Assembly: GCA_037721765.1 (NCBI GenBank) | Contig: JBBJOE010000002.1 | Location: forward strand, 1 to 46,922 | Direction of reading: 5' to 3' | Origin: Thermomicrobiales bacterium | GTDB taxonomy: Bacteria; Chloroflexota; Chloroflexia; Thermomicrobiales; UBA6265 | DNA length: 46,922 nt | Shown here: one piece after another, positions 1-8,760 of the stretch | Layout of the letters: every line of letters starts with the position of its first letter | Position numbering within the stretch: the stretch's first letter is position 1 | Translations under genes and position numbers: made by a program | The notes under the pieces: model-generated | Told to the model about the DNA's origin: nothing | The model's database searches: none | The model's input: only the letters and a program-made list of their open reading frames with translations

Positions 1-784
1 ATCGCATGTCGATCAACATCGAAGCCCGGGGGGCGATGGTGTTGATCGAGATCCCACCATCGATCATCCCGACGTTCAACGTCGTCTTGGGGCGGTTGGG
101 GACGCGGATCGCGGAGACTGAGGCGATCAGGTTCCCCAGGACATGGATCGCGCTCGACCGGCCGTAGTCGCCCCAACTGTGACCACCGGGCCCCTCGACC
201 ACGACCTCGATCCGGCGGCTGCCGACGGCGGCGTAAGTGACCCGGCCCAAATTGTGGCCCTCGATCGCGACCATGTTCCTAGCGGTCGGGAAACGGTCCA
301 TGATCGCCCGGATGCCGGCCAAGTTTCCGAGCCCCTCTTCCCCGACCGGCGCGGCCAGGACCACCGGACCGTCCGGCGTCACGCCCAGGCGACGGAACAG
401 GGCCGGCAACGTCAGCATCGCCGCGACGCCGAGGCTGTTGTCGCCGATTCCCGCGCCGTGGAGGCGGGTCTCGTCCCGGTGGATGAGGAGGTCCGTCCCG
501 GCGGCGAAAACCGTGTCGGTGTGGGCGGCGAGGACGACCGACGGCACCAGTTCCGGGTCGCCGATCGTCGCCCAAACGTTGCCGAGGCCGTCTGGTCCAT
601 GGACCTCCCCGCCCGGCCCAGCCGAGCCGGCGAGCACGCCGGCGATGTGGCGGGCCCGGGCGAACTCGTCGCCCGTCGGCGCGGGGATGCGGGCGATCGC
701 CTCGGTCAGGTCCAAGAGACCAGGGAGGAGGGCACGGGCGGCACCGAGGACGTCGTCGGTGGCGGGCACGGCAACGGTCGTCAC
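1..784 (-). CDS. M20 family metallopeptidase (ArgE/DapE/ACY1-like), N-terminal part; ORF runs off the left edge of the window
   Basis: Own translation of the minus strand from GTG at 784-782. It is absent from the ORF track because no stop lies in the window. Sequence: VTTVAVPATDD...VVLAAHTDTVF...HGAGIGDNSLG...APVGEEGLGN...LNVGMIDGGISINTIAP. The HTDTV, GDN and GEEG metal-site blocks are typical of M20. GGAG lies 7 nt upstream of the GTG. Confidence 0.8.
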   Translation of the reverse strand, partial: MTTVAVPATDDVLGAARALLPGLLDLTEAIARIPAPTGDEFARARHIAGVLAGSAGPGGEVHGPDGLGNVWATIGDPELVPSVVLAAHTDTVFAAGTDLLIHRDETRLHGAGIGDNSLGVAAMLTLPALFRRLGVTPDGPVVLAAPVGEEGLGNLAGIRAIMDRFPTARNMVAIEGHNLGRVTYAAVGSRRIEVVVEGPGGHSWGDYGRSSAIHVLGNLIASVSAIRVPNRPKTTLNVGMIDGGISINTIAPRASMLIDMR

Positions 785-1051
785 GGGCGAACTCCGGGAG
801 GTCACGCGGGGGGAGGGTCGATGGGTCAGTCGGTGCGTCCTGGGCGTCGTCCGGCGGTCGGTGGAACGCCGCCAGACCGCCGTTCGCGGGCGGGACTGCC
901 GAACCGACGCGGCGGTGCCTGGCCGGCGGACCAACGGTGCGCCGAGGCGTTGGTCGAGAGGGAGATGAGGCGACACCGGTGAGTATACCCGGGCCCAACG
1001 CGGGAGCGTGCATGCCCACCGCACCCCGGGTAGTGCCCGAACGCCCGTCGT

Positions 1052-1080
1052 CTTGACAGCCCACGGGGGCAAGGATAGGT
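1052..1080 (+). promoter_or_regulatory. putative sigma-70-type promoter of sdhAB
   Basis: TTGACA (1052-1057), exact 17-nt spacer, TAGGTT (1075-1080), about 80 nt upstream of the sdhA ATG. Pattern match only. Confidence 0.4.
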
Positions 1081-1161
1081 TTCATGCGAAGATTAACAGG
1101 CGAGGAATCCGGCTCGCGTCACCGATCCCGGCAGCCCATTTGGACGAGGCTGGAGGACCCC

Positions 1162-2892
1162 ATGGCCTATTACCAATTCGATGCGGTCGTCGTCGGCGCG
1201 GGCGGCGCGGGCCTGATGGCGGCCATCCAACTCGCGGGCAAGAGCAACACCGCCGTCGTCAGCAAGCTCTACCCGCCCCGCTCCCACACCGGAGCCGCAC
1301 AGGGAGGTATCAGCGCCGCGCTCGGCAACGTCGAAGAGGACCACTGGCGGTGGCACATGTTCGACACCGTCAAGGGCGGTGACTACCTCGTTGACCAGGA
1401 CGCGGCCGCGATCCTGGCCCGGGAGGCGATCGACGCGGTGATCGAGCTCGAACATATGGGCCTGCCGTTCAACCGGACGCCGGACGGTAGGATCGACCAG
1501 CGCCGCTTCGGCGGTCACACCCGGAACTACGGCGAGGGACCCGTCCGGCGGGCCTGCTACGCCGCCGACCGCACCGGCCACATGATCATCCAAACCCTCT
1601 ATCAGCAGGGCATCAAGCACGACTTGAACTTCTTCGACGAGCACCACCTGATTGACATCCTCTTCGCCGACGACGGCCGCTGCTGCGGCGTCGTGACGAT
1701 GGAGATCGAGTCGGGCGAGATCCACGTCCTGCACGCCAAGACGGTGCTGATCGCGTCCGGCGGGTTCGGCCGGGTCTTCAAGATCACCTCGAATGCCCTG
1801 GCCGGCACCGGTGACGGGGTCGCGATCCCCTACCGGCGCGGCATCCCGCTGATGGACATGGAGTTCTACCAGTTCCACCCGACCGGCCTCTACAAGCTGG
1901 GCATCCTCCTCTCTGAAGCGGCCCGGGGCGAAGGCGGCATCCTCCGGAACGGCGAGGGTGAAGCCTTCGCCGAGCGGTACGCCCCGACGCTCAAGGACCT
2001 CGCCCCCCGGGACATGGTGTCCCGCTTCATCCACGAGGAAGTCAAGGCCGGCCGGGGCGTCAACGGGAGCGACTTCGTTCACCTCGACCTGACCCACCTG
2101 CCGCCGGAACTCATCGACGCCAAGTTGCCGGACATCACCGACTTCGCCCGGACCTATCTCGGCGTCGAGCCGAAGACCGAGATGATCCCGATCCAACCGA
2201 CCGCACACTACGCGATGGGCGGGCTGCCGACCGACGTCGACGGTCGCGTGATCCAGGACGCGGCGGCCTCGCCCGTGCCGGGGTTCTACAGCGCCGGGGA
2301 ATCGGCCTGCGTCTCGGTCCACGGCGCGAATCGCCTCGGGACCAACTCCCTGGTCGACCTGGTCGTCTTCGGTCGCCGGGCCGGCAAGCACATGCTCCAA
2401 TATGTCCAGGAGAATGACTGGGCGCCGCTCCCGGAGGACCCCGAGTTCATCGGCCGGGCCCAGGTCGCGAATCTGCGAACCCGGACCAAGGGCGAGAGCG
2501 CCGCCGAGATCCGGGCCACCATGCAGACCGTGATGATGGACAAGGTGTCCGTCGTCCGGGAGGCGAACGGCCTCCGGGAAGCAGAGACCGCCATTCGTGA
2601 CCTCAAGAACGCCTACGCCTCAGTCGCCCTCCAGGATCGCGGCGTCATCTATAACACGGAGCTGACCGAGGCGCTCGAATTGGGGTGCATGCTGGACTGC
2701 GCCGAGGCCATCATCCATGGCGCCATGGCCCGGGAAGAGAGCCGCGGCGCCCACTACAGGACCGATTTCGAGACCCGGGACGACGTCAACTGGCTTGCCC
2801 ACACGTTGGTCTACAAGTCATCCGGCGGCCTGCGATTGGACAAGAAGCCGGTCACGATCACCGAGTTCCAGCCCAAGGAGCGCAAGTACTAG
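1162..2892 (+). CDS. sdhA: succinate dehydrogenase / fumarate reductase flavoprotein subunit
   Basis: Track ORF 1084..2892. Start trimmed to the ATG at 1162 ([24 protein letters not shown] dinucleotide-binding fold) with GGAGGA at 1153-1158. Family-typical blocks: [17 protein letters not shown]. Confidence 0.95.
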   Translation: MAYYQFDAVVVGAGGAGLMAAIQLAGKSNTAVVSKLYPPRSHTGAAQGGISAALGNVEEDHWRWHMFDTVKGGDYLVDQDAAAILAREAIDAVIELEHMGLPFNRTPDGRIDQRRFGGHTRNYGEGPVRRACYAADRTGHMIIQTLYQQGIKHDLNFFDEHHLIDILFADDGRCCGVVTMEIESGEIHVLHAKTVLIASGGFGRVFKITSNALAGTGDGVAIPYRRGIPLMDMEFYQFHPTGLYKLGILLSEAARGEGGILRNGEGEAFAERYAPTLKDLAPRDMVSRFIHEEVKAGRGVNGSDFVHLDLTHLPPELIDAKLPDITDFARTYLGVEPKTEMIPIQPTAHYAMGGLPTDVDGRVIQDAAASPVPGFYSAGESACVSVHGANRLGTNSLVDLVVFGRRAGKHMLQYVQENDWAPLPEDPEFIGRAQVANLRTRTKGESAAEIRATMQTVMMDKVSVVREANGLREAETAIRDLKNAYASVALQDRGVIYNTELTEALELGCMLDCAEAIIHGAMAREESRGAHYRTDFETRDDVNWLAHTLVYKSSGGLRLDKKPVTITEFQPKERKY

Positions 2893-2945
2893 GGCGCCGC
2901 GCCATTCCGATTTAGCACCCCCTCGAGCACGCCGCGGAGGCACCC

Positions 2946-3644
2946 GTGAACGTTACCCTACGGATCAAGCGATACAACCCCGAACAGGATGTCAAGCCCC
3001 GGTTCGAGGAATACCAGGTCGAGGTCGAGCCGACCGACCGGGTCCTCGACGCCCTGAACCAGATCAAGTGGTACAAGGACGGCACCTTGACCTACCGGAG
3101 GTCCTGCGCCCACGGGGTGTGTGGCTCGGACGCCATGCGGATCAACGGTCGCAACCGCCTGGCCTGCAAGATCCTGATGAACGAGCTGGGCAAGCGGGTC
3201 ACGATCGAGCCCCTGATCGGGTTCCGGATCGTCAAGGACCTCGTCGTGGACATGGACAAGTTCTTTGAGGCCTACAAGTCGGTCAAACCCTACTTGATCG
3301 CGGATTCCCCGCGATCGGGCGGCGAGCGACGCCAGAGCCCCGCCCAGCGGGAAGCCTTCGATGACACCACCAAGTGCATCCTCTGCGCCGCTTGCACGAC
3401 CGCCTGCCCGGTGACCTGGACCAGCGACGACTTCGTCGGCCCCGCGGCCATCGTCAATGCCCACCGCTTCATCTTCGACAGCCGCGACACCGGCGCGCCC
3501 GAGCGTCTGCGTATCCTGAACGGCGGCTCGGGTGTCTGGCGATGCCGCACCATCTTCAACTGCACCGACGCCTGCCCGCGCGGCATCGAGGTGACCCGGG
3601 CGATCGAGCAGGTGAAGCGTGCGCTGGTGATGGACACCGCCTGA
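2946..3644 (+). CDS. sdhB: succinate dehydrogenase iron-sulfur subunit
   Basis: GTG start at 2946. Three Cys clusters: CAHGVCGSDAMRINGRNRLAC (2Fe-2S), CILCAACTTACP (4Fe-4S), CRTIFNCTDACP (3Fe-4S). Lies directly downstream of sdhA. Confidence 0.95.
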   Translation: MNVTLRIKRYNPEQDVKPRFEEYQVEVEPTDRVLDALNQIKWYKDGTLTYRRSCAHGVCGSDAMRINGRNRLACKILMNELGKRVTIEPLIGFRIVKDLVVDMDKFFEAYKSVKPYLIADSPRSGGERRQSPAQREAFDDTTKCILCAACTTACPVTWTSDDFVGPAAIVNAHRFIFDSRDTGAPERLRILNGGSGVWRCRTIFNCTDACPRGIEVTRAIEQVKRALVMDTA

Positions 3645-3702
3645 CGGGCGGCGCTCCCGCATAGCGGATCACTCGAGGGGAAATGAGCGGGGCGATGGCT
3701 GC

Positions 3703-3708
3703 TATACT
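3703..3708 (+). promoter_or_regulatory. candidate -10 box (TATACT) upstream of the 3753 membrane-protein gene
   Basis: An isolated AT-rich hexamer TATACT in GC-rich spacer, 45 nt upstream of the ATG. The same hexamer recurs upstream of other genes in this window. No convincing -35. Confidence 0.3.
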
Positions 3709-3752
3709 CCGGCCGCCGTCCTGACCGATCATTTGCCCCGAGGACACGAGCC

Positions 3753-4241
3753 ATGGACAACCCGTTTTCCTGGGATTACCAAACGACCGTGCCGGGTCCG
3801 GACGACGTCTTCGGCCCGTTCTCGACCGCCTACCTGATCCTCTTCGCGATCGGCCTGGTCGCCTCGATCGTCGTCTATAACGATGGGGCCCGGAGATTCT
3901 TCCGTAATGGCCTCCAGCGCCGGTTCGCCCAGCGGGCTTCCGGATACGCCATGATCATCTTCGGGATGGGATTGTTCTTCTTCCTGATCCGCTGGCTGCA
4001 GATCAATCCCTTCACCTTCGGGGCGCGCATTTGGTTGTACCTCTCGTTCCTCAGCCTGATCGGGTTCGCTCTCGCCGTCGCCAACTACCTGCGGACCGAC
4101 TACCCGGCCGAGCGGGAGGCGTACGAGTCGCGCAAGACGCGCCAGCATTATCTCAAGACCCACCCGAGCGGCTCACGACCGAACGCGATCCGGGCCGTCC
4201 CCGTCGGGCGACGCCCGGTGCGGCGACGGTTGCGCCGCTGA
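3753..4241 (+). CDS. hypothetical membrane protein, about 3 predicted TM helices with a basic C-terminal tail
   Basis: Track ORF. Hydrophobic stretches: LILFAIGLVASIVVY, YAMIIFGMGLFFFLIRWL, IWLYLSFLSLIGFALAVANYL. C-terminal RRPVRRRLRR. No recognisable family motif. Confidence 0.6.
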   Translation: MDNPFSWDYQTTVPGPDDVFGPFSTAYLILFAIGLVASIVVYNDGARRFFRNGLQRRFAQRASGYAMIIFGMGLFFFLIRWLQINPFTFGARIWLYLSFLSLIGFALAVANYLRTDYPAEREAYESRKTRQHYLKTHPSGSRPNAIRAVPVGRRPVRRRLRR

Positions 4242-4255
4242 ACGCGACGCCGACA

Positions 4256-4292
4256 TGTGAAAACCGGAGCGGCCCACCGAAAGGCGGGCCGC
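4256..4292 (-). terminator. intrinsic terminator downstream of the SRP RNA (minus-strand sense)
   Basis: Stem GCGGCCC (4269-4275) pairs with GGGCCGC (4286-4292) around a GAAA-containing loop. In minus sense the hairpin is followed by UCCGGUUUUCAC. May also stop the convergent 3753..4241 gene. Confidence 0.6.
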
Positions 4293-4308
4293 ATCGCGTC
4301 CGGGTTGT

Positions 4309-4575
4309 GGTCGTGCACCCTCTTTCGATGGACACCTTCCGGCTTGTCGCCGCTCGTTAGCTCGGGTCAGGCTGCCCCACGTCACCCGAAGAGTGCCGCT
4401 TACGGCTGCTACCTTCCGGTCCTGACCGGGTTCACGGTTCCCCGCCGCGCGGGACCCGACCGTCAACGCCACGTCACGTCGCTAGTCCCACAAGGCGCCA
4501 CCTAGAGAGGGAATTCAACCCCGCTACAGCGGATTGCGAGTACAGGGCACCGCCAGCTCCCCGTCTAGCACGACC
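4309..4575 (-). ncRNA. ffs: signal recognition particle RNA, large (Bacillus-type, Alu-domain-containing) form, about 267 nt
   Basis: The minus strand reads GGUCGUGCUAGACGGGGAGCUGGCGGUGCCCUGUACUCGCAAUCCGCUGUAGCGGGG...GUUGACGGUCGGGUCCCGCGCGGCGGGGAACCGUGAACCCGGUCAGGACCGGAAGGUAGCAGCCGUAAG...GCCUGACCCGAGCUAAC...GGUGCACGACC. The domain IV core GUCAGGNCCGGAAGGNAGCAGCC is at 4404-4427. The Alu-domain block GGUGCCCUGUAC-GCAAUCCGCU matches my recollection of B. subtilis scRNA. The 5' GGUCGUGC pairs with the 3' GCACGACC. Ends are good to plus or minus 5 nt. Confidence 0.9.
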
Positions 4576-4581
4576 GGGCCC

Positions 4582-4611
4582 AGTGTAGCCGCCCCGGGTG
4601 GCCCGGCGCAA
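4582..4611 (-). promoter_or_regulatory. putative promoter of the SRP RNA gene
   Basis: Minus sense: TTGCGC (4611-4606), 18 nt, TACACT (4587-4582). The -10 ends 7 nt before the inferred 5' end of the RNA. Confidence 0.5.
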
Positions 4612-4643
4612 AGACACGATCGAATCGACTCGCGTCGGTCCCC

Positions 4644-5021
4644 CTACGCGGGCGGCAGCGGTCCCTCGGCCGGCCACTCGTCCGGGCGTGGTCCCGGGTC
4701 GCCCATGTCAGGGTTGTCGCGCAACTGGCGCAGCACGCGCACCGTGAGATCCTCGCGCACCTGGACCTGACACGAGAGCCGCAAGGTCACCGGGATGTCG
4801 CCCAGGGTAGCCAGCTTGCTGGACTCGGCATCCGTCATCGGACCCGCGTCGCCGTCGAGGATCTCCACCCGGCACGTGGTGCAGCGGGCGTTGCCGCCGC
4901 AGCGGTGCAGGATATCGACCCCGGCGTCCTCGATGCACAGCACAAGCCGCCGACCGTCGGCGCAATCGGCCTCACCGAGGCCTTCCATGGTCACCTTCGC
5001 CACTGGATCCGTCCCTTTCAC
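4644..5021 (-). CDS. 2Fe-2S ferredoxin (plant/vertebrate-type fold)
   Basis: Track ORF. CGGNARCTTCRV plus a distal C in LRLSCQV. The start may be the GTG at 5003 (VAKVTMEG..., AAGGGA RBS) rather than 5021. Confidence 0.8.
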   Translation of the reverse strand: MKGTDPVAKVTMEGLGEADCADGRRLVLCIEDAGVDILHRCGGNARCTTCRVEILDGDAGPMTDAESSKLATLGDIPVTLRLSCQVQVREDLTVRVLRQLRDNPDMGDPGPRPDEWPAEGPLPPA

Positions 5022-5134
5022 GTCTCTCGTGGGCAGTCACGGCCACCGCCACGCCGCTAGCGTATCATCACCCGATCCCGACCCGATCGCGCCCGAACCC
5101 GCGTCCTCGCCTCATCACACCGGAGCGATGCTCG

Positions 5135-6325
5135 ATGGAAGACGACCGAGTCGCCATGGTCGGAGCGACGACGATCGTCCCGGTCGCCGATGTCCACCGG
5201 CGCCAGGACATCGTCCGGGCCGAGGCCGAGCGGCGCGGTTTCGCGGCGCTGGTGGTGGTCGGCCGGTCGTTCTACGACCGGTGCGGCGACCTCGCCTATC
5301 TCACCAACCATCTCCCCCCGTTCCCGACGGCGATCGGGGCGGAGGGCATCTCCGGACTCGGCCACGCGTTCCTGATCCTTCCCTCCACCGGTGAACCGAT
5401 CCTGCTGACCGACCTCCGCCGCCATCGCCAGGATATCGTCGCCGTACACGACACCCGCGCCCACGCCGACCTCGAAGCGGCCCTGCTCGACGCCATCGAC
5501 GCGCTGGGCCTGCCGGGCGGCCGTGTCGGCATCGCCGGCCTCGACCTCCTCCCGGCGACGCTCGACCGCCGCCTGCGCGAGCGGTTCCCACGCCTGGCGT
5601 TCGACGACGCCGGGGACACGGTCGCGGCCTTCCGGCAGATCAAAGAGCCGCTGGAATGGGACCTGCTGCGGGGAGCGGCCCGGTGCGCCGGCGCTGGCCA
5701 GATGGCGGCCCACGCGGCGATGGCCGCGTCCGGAGCCCGGGAACGCGATGTGGCGGCCGCCGGGATCGCCGCGGCCATCGCGGCCGGGGCCGACTTCATC
5801 CGCTATTTCCGGGTCCACTCGGGACCATGGTCGGCATCCGGTTCCCGTTGGCCCCCGGCGATGGACCGGCTGGTCGGCCCGGACGAGGCGGTGGTCACGG
5901 ACGTGATCGGCACGTTCCGCGGCTACCAATTCGACGTGAACCGGACGTTCGGCCAGCCCGGCCTCCTGGCACCTGCCCGGGACATCGCGGAGCTGGTCGA
6001 GGAGGCCACGCTGCGAGCCGTCGAAGCCTGCCGGGCCGGCGCCACCGTCGCCGAAGTCGCGGGGGCAGCCACGGTCGTCTTCGCCCGCTCATCCTACGCC
6101 GAGCACGGCGGAGCCTCGATGGGGCACGGGATCGGCCTCGAGACCGTCGAGCTGCCATATATCCGACCCGGGGACCAAACGACGCTTCGACCCGGCATGG
6201 TGCTCTGCGTCGAACCGACGCTGGCGGTACCGGGAACTGGGGGGGCCGCCATCGAACAAATGGTTATCATTCAGCCCGACGGCGGACCGGAGGTCATCAC
6301 TCCCACCCCTACCCGCCTCTGGTGA
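5135..6325 (+). CDS. M24 family metallopeptidase (Xaa-Pro aminopeptidase/creatinase fold) with canonical metal ligands
   Basis: Track ORF. Pita-bread C-domain blocks: VVTDVIGTFRGYQFDVNRTF (two Asp), MGHGIGLETVE (His), VLCVEPT (Glu), AAIEQMVII (Glu). Confidence 0.85.
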   Translation: MEDDRVAMVGATTIVPVADVHRRQDIVRAEAERRGFAALVVVGRSFYDRCGDLAYLTNHLPPFPTAIGAEGISGLGHAFLILPSTGEPILLTDLRRHRQDIVAVHDTRAHADLEAALLDAIDALGLPGGRVGIAGLDLLPATLDRRLRERFPRLAFDDAGDTVAAFRQIKEPLEWDLLRGAARCAGAGQMAAHAAMAASGARERDVAAAGIAAAIAAGADFIRYFRVHSGPWSASGSRWPPAMDRLVGPDEAVVTDVIGTFRGYQFDVNRTFGQPGLLAPARDIAELVEEATLRAVEACRAGATVAEVAGAATVVFARSSYAEHGGASMGHGIGLETVELPYIRPGDQTTLRPGMVLCVEPTLAVPGTGGAAIEQMVIIQPDGGPEVITPTPTRLW

Positions 6326-6407
6326 CGACGCGCGTGGACCATGTGGTTCGTCACCGCGTCACCGCCACGTCGCGCGGGGCCGGGCCGACCGGCCGCTGGA
6401 GGTTCTC

Positions 6408-6683
6408 GTGCAGCGGATCGTCGACGTCATCTTCCGCCGTGAGCGAAACGACCCAGACACCCCGGTCTGCCCCTCCCATGAGGTGGAGATGCGGTTGCGC
6501 GGCAAGCAGGGACAACCGACCCGGTTCAGCGACCAGACGGAGGAGCAGTACACCCTGCTCTACTTCTGCCCGGTCGACAAATGCGACCAGAGTGCCGAGC
6601 GGAAGCAGGTCCGGACCCAGATCCCGGTCCCCGGCGAACCACCCGAGCGCCCGCTCTTCTCCCGCCCAAACGACCGCACGTGA
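6408..6683 (+). CDS. small hypothetical protein with a zinc-ribbon-like CPxH...CPxxxC pattern
   Basis: GTG start with GGAGG 5 nt upstream. G/C-dominated third codon positions throughout. CPSH and CPVDKC pairs are about 38 residues apart. Confidence 0.55.
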   Translation: MQRIVDVIFRRERNDPDTPVCPSHEVEMRLRGKQGQPTRFSDQTEEQYTLLYFCPVDKCDQSAERKQVRTQIPVPGEPPERPLFSRPNDRT

Positions 6684-6714
6684 TCCGATCGATCGGTTTG
6701 GGCTCGCCCGCCCC

Positions 6715-7239
6715 CTAGCCGCTCCCGAGCCGCTCGCCCTGGTAGGAACCGGCATAGCCCTGGCCGGTGGTCCGGTCGAGGCGGAAGAAGACGAGTTGCA
6801 AGATCCGAGAGTCCGGTTCGAGGTCGAAGCCCGCCGGGTTCTGGACGACCAGGAGCGACGAGGACCGACCGTGATACCCCGCGTCCCAAACCGCGGAATG
6901 GATAGCGGCCCCACAACGGGCGATGCTCGACCGGGGCCGGCCCAGGGCCATCACGTCCAGGGGCAGCCAGACCGCCTCGTTGAACGTGACCAGGTACGCT
7001 CCCGGCCCCAACGTGAACCAGCCACCGTCGTCGGTCACCTGCGGTATCAAATCCGGCAGCGCGCGGTTGGCATTGGTCCTTCCGATCCGACCTCCGCCGG
7101 CGAAGGCGCTGACCGTCTCCACGGTCAAGTCGACCCCGTTCGGTTGGACCTGGGCATCCAGGTCGCGGTACCCAGAGAGCAGGGGCTCCGGCCCCTCGCA
7201 CAGTTCCCGGATCTGCTCGCCACTCAGGGCACCACCCAT
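6715..7239 (-). CDS. dCTP deaminase / dUTPase-fold (DCD-DUT family) protein
   Basis: Track ORF 6715..7359 trimmed to Met41 (MGGALSGEQIREL...). Family-like blocks: VQPNGVDLTV, LGPGAYLVTFNE, GRPRSSIARCG, VWDAGYHG. About 174 aa, the size of a housekeeping enzyme. Confidence 0.7.
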   Translation of the reverse strand: MGGALSGEQIRELCEGPEPLLSGYRDLDAQVQPNGVDLTVETVSAFAGGGRIGRTNANRALPDLIPQVTDDGGWFTLGPGAYLVTFNEAVWLPLDVMALGRPRSSIARCGAAIHSAVWDAGYHGRSSSLLVVQNPAGFDLEPDSRILQLVFFRLDRTTGQGYAGSYQGERLGSG

Positions 7240-7334
7240 TGCCGCACAACCCTTCCCGTCACTCGCGTCGCGTCGCCAGATCGTGCCCCGCCTGCGGTAA
7301 ACGCCCCTGAGGCCGACCCCACTCGGACCCAGCG

Positions 7335-8651
7335 ATGACTGATGCCAAACCTTCGGCACCCGAGCGAGCCTTCACGGTCTTGCGCTACCCGGACTTTCGC
7401 TGGTTCTGGATCGCGGAGGTGGTGTCTGTCCTGGGCACCCGCATCCAGGCCGTGGCGATCATCTGGCAAGTGTATCGTCTGACCGGCGACGCGCTTCAGC
7501 TGGGCCTCCTCGGTTTGTTCCGGTTCCTTCCCCTGCTCCTCTTCGGGATCATGGGCGGGGTGATCGCCGACGGCCAGGACCGGAGGCGGACCCTGCTCAT
7601 CACCCAGGTGATCTTGCTCCTGACGTCGGCTGCCCTGGCTATTCTGACCATGACCGGAGGGATCTCCCTCGTCGCCATCTACGCCATCACGTTCGTCTCG
7701 GCGGCGGTCGGGGCCGTCGCCCAACCGACCCGGCAGGCGCTGATCCCCTCGCTGGTCCCCCGGGCCGCCCTGGCGAACGCGATGACGATGAACATCTTCG
7801 CCTTCAATGTGGCGCTGGTCGTCGGCCCGGCCATCGGTGGCCTGATCATCGCCCGGGTCGGCGTCTCGGCGGCCTACCTGGTCGACGTCGTCTCGTTCTT
7901 CGCCGTGATAGCGGCGGTGCTGGCCCTGCGCCCGAGCGTGGTCCAGGTGCCGATGCGTCTCTCCGGCCTGGCGGCCGCCGTCGAGGGGGTGCGGTTCCTG
8001 CGCCGATCGCCGGTGTTGCTCGGGGTGATGAGCGTCGATTTCGTCGCCACATTCTTTGGCGCTAGCACGGTGCTGATGCCCATCTTCGCCGACGATGTCC
8101 TCGGCGCCGGGGCGTCCGCCACCGGTTATCTCCTCGCCGCCCCGGCCGCCGGAGCCGTGGCCGGCAGCGTCGTGATGGGATCGGTCCGGTCACCGGACCG
8201 GCCTGGGAGGGGGGTGCTGATCTCGGTGATCGCCTACGGGGCCTGCATCACCGCCTTCGGGTTCTCGACCTCGTTGCCGATGGCGATGCTCTTCCTGGCG
8301 GGTTCGGGCGCCGCCGACGCCGTCAGCATGGCCCTCCGCCACACGGTCCGAAACCTGATGACGCCTGACGCCCTACGGGGCCGGATCGCCGCCGCCCACT
8401 CCACCTTCGCGATGGGCGGGCCGCAACTCGGGGAGATCGAGGCGGGAGCCGTCGCCGCCCTGGCGGGCGTCAGGGCCTCGATCGGCGCCGGTGGCATCCT
8501 GACGATCCTGGCGACACTGTTCATCGCTCGCCAATTCCCCGCCATCGCCCGGACCCGCCTCGGGGACGCCATTCCCCCGGACGAGCCAGGCGAGCCGGTC
8601 GCCCGTGCTCACCCCGCGGCCGACAGGTTGGACCCGTCGCCCGGCGATTAA
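7335..8651 (+). CDS. MFS transporter (EntS/MFS_3-like)
   Basis: Track ORF. The N-terminus is typical of this MFS subfamily (LRYPDFRWFWIAEVVSVLGTRIQAVAIIWQVYRLTG). Multiple hydrophobic helices. Confidence 0.85.
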   Translation: MTDAKPSAPERAFTVLRYPDFRWFWIAEVVSVLGTRIQAVAIIWQVYRLTGDALQLGLLGLFRFLPLLLFGIMGGVIADGQDRRRTLLITQVILLLTSAALAILTMTGGISLVAIYAITFVSAAVGAVAQPTRQALIPSLVPRAALANAMTMNIFAFNVALVVGPAIGGLIIARVGVSAAYLVDVVSFFAVIAAVLALRPSVVQVPMRLSGLAAAVEGVRFLRRSPVLLGVMSVDFVATFFGASTVLMPIFADDVLGAGASATGYLLAAPAAGAVAGSVVMGSVRSPDRPGRGVLISVIAYGACITAFGFSTSLPMAMLFLAGSGAADAVSMALRHTVRNLMTPDALRGRIAAAHSTFAMGGPQLGEIEAGAVAALAGVRASIGAGGILTILATLFIARQFPAIARTRLGDAIPPDEPGEPVARAHPAADRLDPSPGD

Positions 8652-8760
8652 GATGGCCGCGACAGGTAGGTCGTCGCGCGTTTGTCCTGGCAACGGAAGG
8701 TTCGTGACAACGCTTTCGGCCCCGTTTCATGTCCCGACGCTCCGATGGAGGACCAACGCC

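Noticed and set aside
1093-2400. 435-aa ORF antisense to sdhA
   Set aside because: It lies entirely inside the unambiguous sdhA gene on the opposite strand. Its composition is Arg/Gly/Pro/Asp-rich with no motifs. This is the typical high-GC antisense open frame.
6715-7239. DCD/dUTPase-fold gene as a possible dCTP-deaminase anti-phage defence gene
   Set aside because: From memory, defensive dCTP deaminases are much larger multidomain proteins. This one is a housekeeping-size (about 174 aa) single-domain protein in a housekeeping context with no mobile or defence neighbours.
5656-7338. 560-aa plus-strand ORF spanning the end of the M24 peptidase gene, the small ORF and the dUTPase-fold gene
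   Set aside because: Extreme Arg/Gly/Pro content. It overlaps three better-supported genes in other frames or on the other strand. It has no RBS or family motif.
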